The position numbers and the translations under genes are program-made. From positions 4,928,001 through 4,992,000 of the forward strand of contig OZ220733.1 of assembly GCA_965116875.1 (NCBI GenBank): a DNA stretch of 64,000 bases, in the 5' to 3' direction. Below are positions 28,947-39,149 of this stretch, piece by piece. Position 1 is the stretch's first letter, and every line of letters starts with the position of its first letter. The stretch comes from Candidatus Latescibacterota bacterium. GTDB taxonomy: Bacteria > Latescibacterota > UBA2968 > GCA-2709665. The notes under the pieces are model-generated. The model was not told where the DNA came from. It saw nothing but the letters and a program-made list of their open reading frames with translations, and made no database searches.

Positions 28947-30287
28947 TTACGTGGCCTTCCCTTCCTCCGCCGGCCTCACGGGTAATGATATCAGGAACGT
29001 TGTTCCCACCTCCGGCGAACTTTCCTCAACGGAGATTCTGCCCCGGTGATAGTCTTCCACGATGCGTTTGACGAACGTCAGTCCCAGCCCCCAGCCCCGG
29101 TCCTTGGTACTGTAACCTGGCAGAAAGACCTGTTTGACGAGATTGGGCTGAATCCCTTTGCCATTGTCCCGCACCCGCACATCCACCCATTTGCCTTCGG
29201 ACCGCACTTCCGCGGAAATCTCAATCATTCCGCCCTTGCCCTCCATCGCGTCCGCGGCATTCTTGAACAGATTCTCAAAAGCCCAGCCCAGCAGTTGCCG
29301 ATTCAGCGGGACAGGCCGTATTTCGTAGTTTCTCTGCACGATCCGGACTTCCCGCGAGAGTCTGTCTCGCAAATAGGCGACCGTCTCTTCGATGACGAGA
29401 CGGAGATTTTCCGGACGCAGCTCCGGCGTGGAACCGATAAGGCTGAATCGGGAAACGATGGTATCCAATCTGCTGGTATCCTCCTCCATCGCAACCACGA
29501 TCTGATCGAATCGCCTGCGCGTCTGTTCATCCACCGGACCCGAAGAATGCTCAAGTTCCGACTTTATCAACTCGATCCATCCGTACAGAGAGGAAAGCGG
29601 CGTGCCCAGCTGGTGAGCCGTCTCCCGCGCCATGCCCACCCAGATCGATCTTTGCTCACTGTTTTTGACATTCTGAAATCCGAGGTATCCCACGCCGATA
29701 AACAGCGCCGTTACACCAAGCGCAACCCAGGGCAGCCATGCCAGCCGGCGTACCAGTGGTGAATCGCCGAAGTGCAGCACCCGCGGACCGATCTGCGGAA
29801 TCTCGAACGAATACGGCGGATTCTCGCTATCCAGCCTTCGAACAATACGCCGCATTCGCTCCCTGTCGACCGCACTGAGTTCACTCGGGTTGCCTTCGGG
29901 AATCTGTATGGCCTTCCACATGTGCGGTTCACCCCGGGAGTCTGTTATGACGACCGGGAAGTTTGCATTCGTAATGGTCCTGAAGATTTCATTGACGTCC
30001 AGGTCGCTCACAACCACGGTATCCTGGGTGGCCAACCCGTAAAAGAAAGCCAGACGTTTGATCAAGTCTCGGGAATCCCTGCGCATCGGATCCACAACCA
30101 GGATTTGCATATACACCAGAAACGCCAGGATGATCACCGTTGCGGCGGGAAACAGATAGGCACCCAGACTGTACGAACTCCGAAGCCCCACCCTCATTCG
30201 GCCCTTCCGAACCACCGGCGCACCCATGAATCCCTTGTGTCCGGGCCCGCCGGTTCGGCCAGTGACATCCTTCGTTCGCGCACCCAT
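28947..30287 (-). CDS. Membrane sensor histidine kinase (start probably downstream of 30287)
   Basis: Two TM helices; H-box MARETAHQLGTPLSS; ENLFKNA, DNGKG, GWGLGL. Confidence 0.93.
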   Translation of the reverse strand: MGARTKDVTGRTGGPGHKGFMGAPVVRKGRMRVGLRSSYSLGAYLFPAATVIILAFLVYMQILVVDPMRRDSRDLIKRLAFFYGLATQDTVVVSDLDVNEIFRTITNANFPVVITDSRGEPHMWKAIQIPEGNPSELSAVDRERMRRIVRRLDSENPPYSFEIPQIGPRVLHFGDSPLVRRLAWLPWVALGVTALFIGVGYLGFQNVKNSEQRSIWVGMARETAHQLGTPLSSLYGWIELIKSELEHSSGPVDEQTRRRFDQIVVAMEEDTSRLDTIVSRFSLIGSTPELRPENLRLVIEETVAYLRDRLSREVRIVQRNYEIRPVPLNRQLLGWAFENLFKNAADAMEGKGGMIEISAEVRSEGKWVDVRVRDNGKGIQPNLVKQVFLPGYSTKDRGWGLGLTFVKRIVEDYHRGRISVEESSPEVGTTFLISLPVRPAEEGKAT

Positions 30288-30418
30288 CGTTGCGGCTCCC
30301 TTATCTTACGTCAACGTCCAGTGTCCCGTTAAGTTCCCCGCGGCGGCGCTGAAACCCGTGTCGGCGCACAGAAAGTATACGTCTATTGCCAGCATCCAGT
30401 CAACCAAAGAAAAACCGT

Positions 30419-30447
30419 TTGCATTACATCTATTGAATTTATATATT
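30419..30447 (+). promoter_or_regulatory. Putative sigma70 promoter for rpsU
   Basis: TTGCAT-17 bp-TATATT in an AT-rich intergenic region. Confidence 0.55.
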
Positions 30448-30574
30448 TGGAACCATCAATTTCCTGTATGACATGGCATGCCGGCAGGCAATGGGACTGG
30501 CGCATGGCCGTCAACCCCACTTGTCCTGAGCATGGCTTGTTTCCGCAGGAAACGGAAAGGAGGGAATTCAGCCT

Positions 30575-30772
30575 ATGGCCCGGGTTGTGGTGAGAGATGA
30601 TGAGCCGTTTGAAAAGGCGCTGAAAAGGTTTAAGAAAACCTGCGAAAAGGCAGGAATAATGACCGAGATGAAGAAGCACCAGCATTTCGAGAAACCCAGT
30701 GAGCGCCGCAAGCGAAAAATCGCCGCGGCGAAGCGCAAACGCATGAAATTCGAAACGCGTTTCAACCAATAA
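30575..30772 (+). CDS. rpsU: 30S ribosomal protein S21
   Basis: FEKALKRFKK, FEKPSERRK; AAGGAGG SD. Confidence 0.97.
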   Translation: MARVVVRDDEPFEKALKRFKKTCEKAGIMTEMKKHQHFEKPSERRKRKIAAAKRKRMKFETRFNQ

Positions 30773-30917
30773 GTCAAAATTGTGAGTACGGCAATGACAA
30801 CCGCACCGATTCGCTTTCGGATGCGGTTGTCTTTTTTACACATCGGCGTTGAGCTGAACCCCCAGGACGTTCTGATACCCCGGCCGTGTTTGCCAATGGG
30901 CCGGGAGGGAGGGGCGA

Positions 30918-31586
30918 ATGAACTTTGTCGACCTGATCCTGCTGATCGGGCTCTGCTGGATGGTTTTCAGGGGTTGCCGCACGGGGCTTGTCCGGGGGCT
31001 GATTGGTCTGGCGAGTTTTATTCTGGCTTACGGACTCGGCCTTTCTTACGGCGGTGCGGTATCGAAGTGGATTTCAGGTGACAGCGCCGGCCACGGCCCC
31101 GCCCTGCTTGGCTTCGCCTGTGTGTTTCTTGCGACGCTGATCGCGTGTTACCTTCTTGGACGAATGCTTCAGGCCATGCTCAAAGCCACGCCTTTCGGCG
31201 TCGTGGATACATTGTGCGGCGGCATACTCGGCCTGGCGCAGGGGTTGCTTCTTCTGGGATTGCTGATCCTGCTGCTGCGGGCGTATTCCCCTCACCCGGG
31301 GGTGACGGCGTACATGGACGACGCGCGTTTGACACGCCACGTTCAGCAGGCCTGCCTGGTCGTGATGGATGCCGTAAAGGCCGCTATTCCACGAGCCTCC
31401 GAATTCTACAGATACCTCGTACCGGACAACCGGAAGTCATCCACAGATCCGTTTGTGGAAAGTATGACCCGGGGGACCGGAAAAGCACGGGAACGTCTGA
31501 AGGGACTCATAGAGGAATCTCAACGCAAAGACAAACAATCGACGGACAATCCACAAGCGCCCACGTCAGGCGGCGGACAGGAATAG
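30918..31586 (+). CDS. CvpA family membrane protein
   Basis: MNFVDLILL..RG..GLVR, DTLCGGILG; lies upstream of mutS2 as is common. Confidence 0.85.
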   Translation: MNFVDLILLIGLCWMVFRGCRTGLVRGLIGLASFILAYGLGLSYGGAVSKWISGDSAGHGPALLGFACVFLATLIACYLLGRMLQAMLKATPFGVVDTLCGGILGLAQGLLLLGLLILLLRAYSPHPGVTAYMDDARLTRHVQQACLVVMDAVKAAIPRASEFYRYLVPDNRKSSTDPFVESMTRGTGKARERLKGLIEESQRKDKQSTDNPQAPTSGGGQE

Positions 31587-31650
31587 CGCATCCGCCTGCT
31601 CGCGGGGTGTACCGTGGACAGAAACCGTTCGTGTTTTCTGGTACCGAGCC

Positions 31651-34023
31651 ATGACCCTGCCACCCAAAACCGTCCAGGCGCTCGAATTCAACAAGATTCT
31701 CGACCTGATCGCGGAACGCACCGTTTCCGTTGCAGGGCGAGACGAAATCGAAAGCCTGGCCCCGGCGGACAATCCCGATCGCATCGAAGCGCGTCTCCGA
31801 CCCGTGCTCGAAACCATGGACCTGATCGGGTATGACGATCCCGTCCCGATCGGACGCATTCCCGACGTCCGATCCGCAGCAGAAACCGCCGCCGTACCCG
31901 GTACGACGCTCACCGTCGGCGAACTGGTCGAGATCGAGGAAATCCTGCGTGTATCTCGCCGTTTTCTGACGTATTTTCACAAACGCAAGGCAAAGTATCC
32001 CCGACTCCAGGAACTCGTATCCGGGTTGTTCCGGCACCCCGATCTGGAAGCAGAACTACGGCGTTCCATCGACCCGTCCACGGAAACCGTCAAGGATACC
32101 GCCAGCGCCGAACTGAAGCGGATCCGCCGAAGCCTGGAACACACCCGGTCCGGTATCCGCAGTTCCGTCGAGAGCATCCTGAACCGGCTTCCCGACACCG
32201 TCGTGCAGGAACGGCTGGTCACCATCCGGAACGGGCGCTTCGTCATTCCCGTTCGTGAAAACCAGAAACACCGTCTGGATGGCCTCGTACACGACCAGTC
32301 GGCCAGCGGAGCTACGCTCTTCGTCGAACCCATGGCCACGCTGGCGCTCAACAATCAACTGCGGCAACTCGAACTGGCCGAGCAACAGGAGATCAAACGC
32401 GTACTTCGCGAACTCACCAGGAGCGCCGGCCAAATAAGCGATCGTCTGCTGGAAAACCAGCGGATTCTCGGAAGATTCGATGCCATTTACGCAGTAGCCG
32501 GTTTTTCTCGCGTGCTGAAATGCAGCGAACCGGTCTTCAACGTGGAAGGACGTCTCGAACTACATGATGCGCGTCATCCCCTACTGTTCTACAGGCTGAG
32601 CGGTGAGGGCCGGACCGAATCCATTGTACCCCTCAGCCTTGCAATGGATAACGACGGCGTTCGCACACTCGTACTGACAGGTCCGAACGCAGGAGGCAAG
32701 ACCGTTGCGCTCAAAACCGTCGGTCTGCTTGCGCTGATGGCTCAGTCCGGGTTGCCAGTGCCGGCAGCGGAACATTCGCAGTTTCCGATCTTCACCGGCG
32801 TCTTTGCCGACATCGGCGACGCGCAGTCCATCGAGAACGACCTCAGCACGTTCTCGTCTCACGTGGCGAACCTGGTGGAGGTGACCACCCATGCCGAAGC
32901 CAGATCCCTTGTGCTTCTGGACGAAGTGGGCGCAAGTACCGATCCCGATCAGGGTGCGGCCCTGGCGATGGCCCTGCTGGGTACGCTTACGGAACGTGGC
33001 TGCCGCACCGTGGCCACGACCCATCACGGAGCGCTTAAGGCTTTTGCGCACCGCACGGAGGGGATGGCCAACGGTTCCATGGCCTTCGACGCGGATACAC
33101 TGACGCCCACCTTTCAGCTTCGGCTCAACACGCCAGGCAGCAGCTATGCCTTCGAAATCGCGCGGCGGCTTCAGATGCCGTCCGAGATCGTCGCCGAAGC
33201 CAGGCGCATTGCGGGAAGCGATATAGGCCGCCTGGAAGCCCTTATCGCGGACCTCGACGACACGTACCGGCACTACAACGAGGAACGGGATCGCGCACGG
33301 TCCTTCCGGCGGGAAATGGAACGTTTGAAAGCGGAGTATACCGGCCGCCTCAAGGAAGTGGAGCAACGCGAGCGTGAACTCAAGCGCGGCGCCGAGGACG
33401 AGGCGCGGCGCATTCTGGATGGCACAAATGCCCTCATCGAGCGCACCGTATCCGAACTCAGGAAGCGCAATGCCGACAGGGACTCAATCAAGAAGGCCAG
33501 AGCCGAGGTTGAGCGTGCGCGGCGCGAACTGGCGGTCCCTGTTGAAGAAACGGATATACCCGCGTCAAACCTCGAACCCGGTTGTCGCGTCTTCGTGCGA
33601 AGCCTCGGTAAAGAAGGCATAGTGGCGGACGGACGGAACGAGGGATCGCGCGTTCCGGTCGAAGTCGGCAAGCTGCGAATGCAGGCACGCCGGGAAGATC
33701 TCGATATCGTGGAATCGGCCCGGGAGGCCGCCCCGGACGCTGCCCGTTTCGGGCTTGTCAGGCGCGACGCCGTTTCCGGTGAGGTGGATTTGAGGGGAAT
33801 GACCGTGGACGAGGCGGTGGAAACCGTCGACAAATACATCGATGAACTCTACCTTGCCGGCATGGAGCGCGCGGCGGTGATCCATGGAAAGGGCACTGGC
33901 GCCCTTCGCCGGGCGGTTGGCGCCCACCTCCGCGGCCACGAATTCGTCAAGTCCCAACGCCTGGGACTGCACAACGAGGGCGGCGCAGGCGTCACGGTGA
34001 TCACAATCGACCTGGATCCCTGA
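31651..34023 (+). CDS. mutS2: Endonuclease MutS2
   Basis: LEFNKI, HDQSASGAT, TGPNAGGKT, DIGDAQSI, LSTFSSH; Smr domain DLRG...IHGKGTG. Confidence 0.96.
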   Translation: MTLPPKTVQALEFNKILDLIAERTVSVAGRDEIESLAPADNPDRIEARLRPVLETMDLIGYDDPVPIGRIPDVRSAAETAAVPGTTLTVGELVEIEEILRVSRRFLTYFHKRKAKYPRLQELVSGLFRHPDLEAELRRSIDPSTETVKDTASAELKRIRRSLEHTRSGIRSSVESILNRLPDTVVQERLVTIRNGRFVIPVRENQKHRLDGLVHDQSASGATLFVEPMATLALNNQLRQLELAEQQEIKRVLRELTRSAGQISDRLLENQRILGRFDAIYAVAGFSRVLKCSEPVFNVEGRLELHDARHPLLFYRLSGEGRTESIVPLSLAMDNDGVRTLVLTGPNAGGKTVALKTVGLLALMAQSGLPVPAAEHSQFPIFTGVFADIGDAQSIENDLSTFSSHVANLVEVTTHAEARSLVLLDEVGASTDPDQGAALAMALLGTLTERGCRTVATTHHGALKAFAHRTEGMANGSMAFDADTLTPTFQLRLNTPGSSYAFEIARRLQMPSEIVAEARRIAGSDIGRLEALIADLDDTYRHYNEERDRARSFRREMERLKAEYTGRLKEVEQRERELKRGAEDEARRILDGTNALIERTVSELRKRNADRDSIKKARAEVERARRELAVPVEETDIPASNLEPGCRVFVRSLGKEGIVADGRNEGSRVPVEVGKLRMQARREDLDIVESAREAAPDAARFGLVRRDAVSGEVDLRGMTVDEAVETVDKYIDELYLAGMERAAVIHGKGTGALRRAVGAHLRGHEFVKSQRLGLHNEGGAGVTVITIDLDP

Positions 34024-34087
34024 AAGAGCGCGTTGCCGCCCGTCAACAATTCACCTCCGCAGTATTCTGTTACCAATCCGACGTCGA

Positions 34088-34116
34088 TTGACACCTCCGG
34101 GGGTTTCGTCTATATT
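34088..34116 (+). promoter_or_regulatory. Putative sigma70 promoter for ispG
   Basis: TTGACA-17 bp-TATATT. Confidence 0.7.
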
Positions 34117-34154
34117 AGTACTGCGAAGGATACAAGCCCCGAATTCCGCCCTAA

Positions 34155-34316
34155 GAAGCCGTCTTAAAATTCCCAGCGGTCTTCGCACGGCTGCAAAAGC
34201 GCCGGTCGGCGTCGGTCAAATCCACCCGTATTGACAAATATGGGCGGATTTTCCCTCCTTGACCGCCACTTTTTCGCTCGCGCTCGGGAACTCACCGGTA
34301 ATTTTAAAACAGCTTC
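34155..34316 (+). mobile_element. 162-bp MITE-like element, copy 1
   Basis: Terminal inverted repeats GAAGCCGTCTTAAAATT / AATTTTAAAACAGCTTC; near-identical to the reverse complement of 44948-45109. Confidence 0.8.
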
Positions 34317-34333
34317 TTTACGTGAACCTGCCG

Positions 34334-36274
34334 ATGCTGATAACCAACCTGCAGACCGACCCCGGGAAATACTGCAACAGTCTCACCGAATACAGCCGGT
34401 ACCGGACGAGGGTAGTGTCCATAGGCCACGTTCCACTTGGCGGGGACAATCCCATCCGGGTCCAGTCCATGACGACAACGGACACCATGGACACGCTCGC
34501 CACGGTTGAACAGTCCATCAGGATCATCGAGGCGGGGGCGCACTACGTACGCATCACCGCGCCCAGCCAGAACGAGGCGCGCAACCTCGAGGCCATAAAG
34601 AAAGAACTCCGGTCAAGGGGTTACGATGCGCCGCTCATCGCCGACATTCATTACACGCCCAATGCGGCGGAAATCGCCGCGCGGATTGTCGAGAAGGTGC
34701 GAGTCAACCCCGGCAACTACGCGGACAGGAAGAAATTCCAGATCGTCGAGTATACCGACGCGCAATACGCCGCCGAGATTGAACGCATCCGCCAAAAGTT
34801 CACGCCGCTGGTCAACATTTGCAAAGCATACGGTACCGCCATGCGCATCGGCGCAAACCACGGCTCCCTCTCGGACCGCATCATGAGCCGGTTTGGCGAC
34901 ACGCCGCTGGGAATGGTCGAATCAGCGCTGGAGTTCACGCGCATCTGCGCCGACCTGGACTACCACGACGTCGTCCTTTCCATGAAAGCCAGCAATCCCC
35001 AGGTAATGATCCAGGCCTACCGCCTGCTGGTCAACCGCATGGAGGCCGAAGGTTTCAACTATCCTCTTCACCTGGGCGTCACCGAGGCCGGCGACGGCGA
35101 AGACGGGCGCATCAAGTCCGCCGTGGGCATCGGAGCGCTCCTTGAAGACGGACTGGGTGACACCGTCCGCGTCTCTCTGACGGAAGAGCCCGAAGCCGAG
35201 ATTCCCGTCTGTATCCGTCTCGTCAAACGGTACGAGGCCAGACCGGGGCATCCACCGATTCCCGCGATCGTCAGTAATCCGATCGACCCGTACACCTATA
35301 CCCGGCGCAAAACCCGGCCCGTTGAGCGGGTGGGCGGCGACAGCGTGCCGGTTGTGATCCTTTCCCTTTACGAATTACAATCTCCGGCCTGCCTGTTATC
35401 CCTCGGCTACGAATACGACGAGAAGCTGGACAAATGGAATATCGCGGACATGGCGCCGGACTTCATCTATCTGGGCAACCGGGATATTGACTTCGGCCTT
35501 CCCGGTACACTCGGCAAGATCCTGGACCACGATGCCTGGCGTGCCCGGCGCGGTACGCCAAACGCCTATCCGCTGTTCGACCTGACCGCCTTTCGTGAGG
35601 CTCCATATCGGTCCGAACGCCTGAATTTCCTGCTCGCCGAACCCGATGACCTTGGCAACGAAGTTCTGGAAATGCTGCGTGTGTCCTCCAACTGCGTGCT
35701 TGTTCTTCGTTCGGACAATTCCCACGCGATGCCGGACCTGCGCCGGGTTCTGGCTGAGTTCGTCGAGCGCGACATCCGTGTACCCGTCGTCCTCAAACGC
35801 GAATACGATGGCATTGACGACGACGCCCTCATCCTTCACGCCGCCATAGACACCGGCGGGTTGCTCACCGACGGCCTTGGCGACGGCATATGGGTGGAAT
35901 CGCCGGATGCCCGTCAGGGGGACCTCAACCGCCTCGGATTCGGTATCCTGCAGGCGACGCGCACGCGCATCTCGAAAACCGAGTATATCTCCTGCCCCTC
36001 CTGCGGACGCACCCTGTTCGACCTGCAGGAAACCACCGCCCTGATCCGCGGACGCACCAACCACCTGAAAGGCGTCAAGATCGGCATTATGGGTTGTATC
36101 GTGAACGGTCCGGGCGAAATGGCCGACGCGGATTACGGGTACGTCGGCAGCGGTCCCGGCCGGATCACGCTCTACCGAGGCAAGGACGTCGTCAAGCGGA
36201 ACATCCCCACCGCCGTCGCCGTGGACGAACTGATCGGGCTGATCAGGGAAGACAACCGGTGGGTGGATGCCTGA
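34334..36274 (+). CDS. ispG: HMB-PP synthase, long three-domain type
   Basis: PIRVQSMT, PLIADIH, RVNPGN, RIGANHGSL, HLGVTEAG, ISCPSCGR, MGCIVNGPGE; central insertion domain. Confidence 0.96.
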   Translation: MLITNLQTDPGKYCNSLTEYSRYRTRVVSIGHVPLGGDNPIRVQSMTTTDTMDTLATVEQSIRIIEAGAHYVRITAPSQNEARNLEAIKKELRSRGYDAPLIADIHYTPNAAEIAARIVEKVRVNPGNYADRKKFQIVEYTDAQYAAEIERIRQKFTPLVNICKAYGTAMRIGANHGSLSDRIMSRFGDTPLGMVESALEFTRICADLDYHDVVLSMKASNPQVMIQAYRLLVNRMEAEGFNYPLHLGVTEAGDGEDGRIKSAVGIGALLEDGLGDTVRVSLTEEPEAEIPVCIRLVKRYEARPGHPPIPAIVSNPIDPYTYTRRKTRPVERVGGDSVPVVILSLYELQSPACLLSLGYEYDEKLDKWNIADMAPDFIYLGNRDIDFGLPGTLGKILDHDAWRARRGTPNAYPLFDLTAFREAPYRSERLNFLLAEPDDLGNEVLEMLRVSSNCVLVLRSDNSHAMPDLRRVLAEFVERDIRVPVVLKREYDGIDDDALILHAAIDTGGLLTDGLGDGIWVESPDARQGDLNRLGFGILQATRTRISKTEYISCPSCGRTLFDLQETTALIRGRTNHLKGVKIGIMGCIVNGPGEMADADYGYVGSGPGRITLYRGKDVVKRNIPTAVAVDELIGLIREDNRWVDA

Positions 36275-36390
36275 ACGCCGGGGTCGCCCGCGGTGACGAT
36301 CCGCACTTTCCCCAAACCGGGTTCGCGAAGCGTACATCGCGCTGCCCTTCCACAACGTAGTCTTCGTTCCAATCCGATCGGGAATCCGCT

Positions 36391-38205
36391 ATGGCCCGCA
36401 TTCCTGAGGATACCGTCGAACAGGTCCGCAACTCGGTGGACATCATCGACGTCATATCGGAATTCGTCGCGCTCAACAAGCGCGGCAAGAGCTTTCTGGG
36501 CCTGTGCCCGTTCCACGACGACCGGACGCCGTCCCTGAACGTCTCGCAGGAGAAGCAGATCTACAAGTGTTTCTCCTGCGGCGCGGGCGGAAATGCATTC
36601 AGATTTCTGATGGATCTCGAACGCATCAGTTTCGTGGAATCCGTTTGCAAGCTCGCGGATCGGGTCGGTATCGTCCTGCCCGAATCCGAATCCCGAAGTC
36701 CCGCGGAAAAGGACACGAATGACGAGCTCTACAGGACGGTCGAATTCGCAAAGAAGTACTTCCGCCACATGCTGATGCGCCACCCGTCCGGCAAGAGCGC
36801 GCGCGATTACCTTTTGGGTCGCGGCGTGTCCGAGTCCGCGATGGAAGCGTTTTCGCTGGGTTACGCGACCAAAGCATGGGACGGACTCCTCGGTGTGGCG
36901 GGCCGGCGCGGGTACAGCGCGCAGATGCTCGAACGGGCAGGACTGGCGGTACCCCGGGAGAACGGAGGACACTACGACCGCTTTCGCGACCGCGTGATCT
37001 TCCCCATCGAATCGCACACGGGAAGGACGGTGGCTTTCGGCGCCCGCGCACTGGATCCGGAGCAACAGCCGAAATACCTGAACTCGCCCGAGACACCCAT
37101 CTACAACAAGAGCGCCACGCTCTACGGCCTGTGGAAGAACCGCGAACCGATCCGGTCAACCCGGTCGGCGGTTGTGGTCGAGGGATATATGGACGTGGTC
37201 GCGTTGGATCAGTTCGACGTCCGCAACGTCGTCGCGTCTTCAGGGACCGCGCTCACGCAGGACCACGCGCGCCTGCTCAAACGGTATACCGACCTTGCCG
37301 TACTCGTCTTCGACGGCGATGCAGCGGGTACCGCCGCCACCGTTCGCGGTATCGGGGCGATGATGTCGTCCGAACTGGATATTCGAGTCGTCACGCTGGT
37401 CGGCGGTGAAGATCCGGACAGCTTCGTGCGGCAGCGGGGTTCGGACGGATTCGGGGAGCTGATCGACTCCGCCGCGCCATTGATGGACTTTCTTTTCGAC
37501 TGGGTCCGATCGCGGGAAGACCTGTCCACGTCGGACGGCAAGACCCGCGCCGTCAGAACCGTATCGGAAATCATCGCAAACGCGAAGGACAGCGCCCGGC
37601 GGGGCTTTCTGATCCAGGAAACCGCGCAGAAGCTGGGGATCGAGGAAGCGATCGTCATTAACGAGGTGCAGCGCGCCGGTCGTTATCGGCGTACCGGGCG
37701 CAACCCGGCAGATACGGACGCGGATTCCCGATCGACGTCGTTTGAGCCGGGTCCCCGTATGGAACGGGAGCTCATCACGCTGATGATGGCGGACGACGGC
37801 ATGGCCGATACGGTACTCGCGGAAGTTGACGCCGGTCACTTTACCAACGGCGTGTACAGGCGTATCTCGGGAATGATCGCGGCGGCGCGCAAGGAGGGTC
37901 GGACCGCGTCGGCCGCGTCGCTGCTGAATCATTGCGAGGACGCCGGGTTGGCCGGAATTGTATCCGCGCTATCCATGGAAACCGGCATTGTCAACCCGGA
38001 CACGAAGGTCCCGCTGGAGGATTATCTCACGAGGATGCGACTCAGGTCCCTGGACGCTCGTATCTCGGCCGTGGAGACGCGATTGCGCGCGGCCGACGGA
38101 GGGACCGATCCAATGGCGCTGATGGCCGAACACAAAGAGCTCGCCCGCCAGCGCAAGGAACTGTTCGCCGGACGGCGCGCTCAAACGGAAACCGCGACGC
38201 GTTGA
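36391..38205 (+). CDS. dnaG: DNA primase
   Basis: CPFH...CFSC zinc finger, DRFRDR, KYLNSPET, EGYMD, FDGD, DPD. Confidence 0.97.
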   Translation: MARIPEDTVEQVRNSVDIIDVISEFVALNKRGKSFLGLCPFHDDRTPSLNVSQEKQIYKCFSCGAGGNAFRFLMDLERISFVESVCKLADRVGIVLPESESRSPAEKDTNDELYRTVEFAKKYFRHMLMRHPSGKSARDYLLGRGVSESAMEAFSLGYATKAWDGLLGVAGRRGYSAQMLERAGLAVPRENGGHYDRFRDRVIFPIESHTGRTVAFGARALDPEQQPKYLNSPETPIYNKSATLYGLWKNREPIRSTRSAVVVEGYMDVVALDQFDVRNVVASSGTALTQDHARLLKRYTDLAVLVFDGDAAGTAATVRGIGAMMSSELDIRVVTLVGGEDPDSFVRQRGSDGFGELIDSAAPLMDFLFDWVRSREDLSTSDGKTRAVRTVSEIIANAKDSARRGFLIQETAQKLGIEEAIVINEVQRAGRYRRTGRNPADTDADSRSTSFEPGPRMERELITLMMADDGMADTVLAEVDAGHFTNGVYRRISGMIAAARKEGRTASAASLLNHCEDAGLAGIVSALSMETGIVNPDTKVPLEDYLTRMRLRSLDARISAVETRLRAADGGTDPMALMAEHKELARQRKELFAGRRAQTETATR

Positions 38206-38255
38206 CCACAAAACGCTTGTCCTTTCCGCCATTTCGCGTAGATTTCCCTGATAAC

Positions 38256-38332
38256 GGGCCCTTAGCTCAGCTGGTTAGAGCGGCGGACTCATAATCCGTT
38301 GGTCGCAGGTTCGAGTCCTGCAGGGCCCACCA
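38256..38332 (+). tRNA. tRNA with CAT anticodon, most likely tRNA-Ile2 (lysidine-modified)
   Basis: GGGCCCT/AGGGCCC acceptor stem, TAGCTCAG D-arm, CTCATAA anticodon loop, GGTTCGAGTCC, encoded CCA; lacks the initiator C1 mismatch. Confidence 0.92.
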
Positions 38333-38342
38333 GAATACACGG

Positions 38343-38376
38343 GAGGGAGCCGTAGTTTCAAACGGCTCCCTCTTTT
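38343..38376 (+). terminator. Intrinsic terminator after the tRNA
   Basis: GAGGGAGCCGT / ACGGCTCCCTC stem followed by TTTT. Confidence 0.8.
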
Positions 38377-38421
38377 GATCTCCGGACCTTGCACCTGAAT
38401 TGGCGCCTTGTTTTTCCACGG

Positions 38422-39081
38422 TCAGAAGTCGTCAACTTCTGCGGCAGGCATGTCGTTGTCCACCCGCTCAGTGCATTCGCTCACCGGAATCCTGCAAAAC
38501 GCACATTCTCCATAGCTTGGGACTCTTCTGGCCGGTCGGTTCGACGCCAACCTTCCAATTAACTCCGCAAATCGCTCGATGAATTTATCGTCAACAGCCG
38601 ATGATGGGACGGGGACCTCCCGCTCTCCATAGACAACCCGCCCCTCGAATTCGACATCCCTGTATCTGTGAGGAAATGCCTTCGGCACCGCGTACATATA
38701 AAGCATTACCTGAACGTGGTCCGAATTCCTGGGCTGACCCGTTTTGATATCTACAATCAGGCCGTGATTTTCCTTCACCGCGATCAAATCGGGCTTTCCC
38801 CCAACCGTCGCGGTCCTTCCCCTGAGGTGGAAGGAATTCTGAGACTCGGTTGACACGTCAAAGCCTTTGTCTTCCAGCATTTCCTGATAATTATTTCTCG
38901 CCGCCGTATGTTCGATCTGCCACGTGGTCGAATCGAAATCACCCGGCACAGCGGTCCAGGTCTTTCTGTCATGTTGGGCCTGAAACCAGCCCGCCCACTC
39001 GCATGACGCTTCACCGGTAAGCAACTTCGTCAGCCAGGTCACCCAGACATACGGGAGACCGTCTCTCTTCTCCGCCATCAC
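38422..39081 (-). CDS. PD-(D/E)XK nuclease, Cas4/AddB-like
   Basis: GKPDL...IVDIKTG...QVMLY; one N-terminal Cys (ASCEW) and C-terminal CAFC...C. Confidence 0.8.
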   Translation of the reverse strand: MMAEKRDGLPYVWVTWLTKLLTGEASCEWAGWFQAQHDRKTWTAVPGDFDSTTWQIEHTAARNNYQEMLEDKGFDVSTESQNSFHLRGRTATVGGKPDLIAVKENHGLIVDIKTGQPRNSDHVQVMLYMYAVPKAFPHRYRDVEFEGRVVYGEREVPVPSSAVDDKFIERFAELIGRLASNRPARRVPSYGECAFCRIPVSECTERVDNDMPAAEVDDF

Positions 39082-39149
39082 TTTCTCGCTTTCGTGGCCT
39101 TCTATCGCTTTGCGCCAGATTCAACGAGGGAATTTCCCTGTGAACTGCA

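Noticed and set aside
30470-30530. Possible remnant of a HIT-family gene end upstream of rpsU (GRQW.W-like)
   Set aside because: The similarity is too short and needs frameshifts, so it cannot be supported
34259-34333. N-terminal extension of IspG (MTATFSLALGNSPVILKQLL) in the ORF track
   Set aside because: The same peptide appears in ORF 44670..45317 because both read through the 162-bp element; it is not part of the protein
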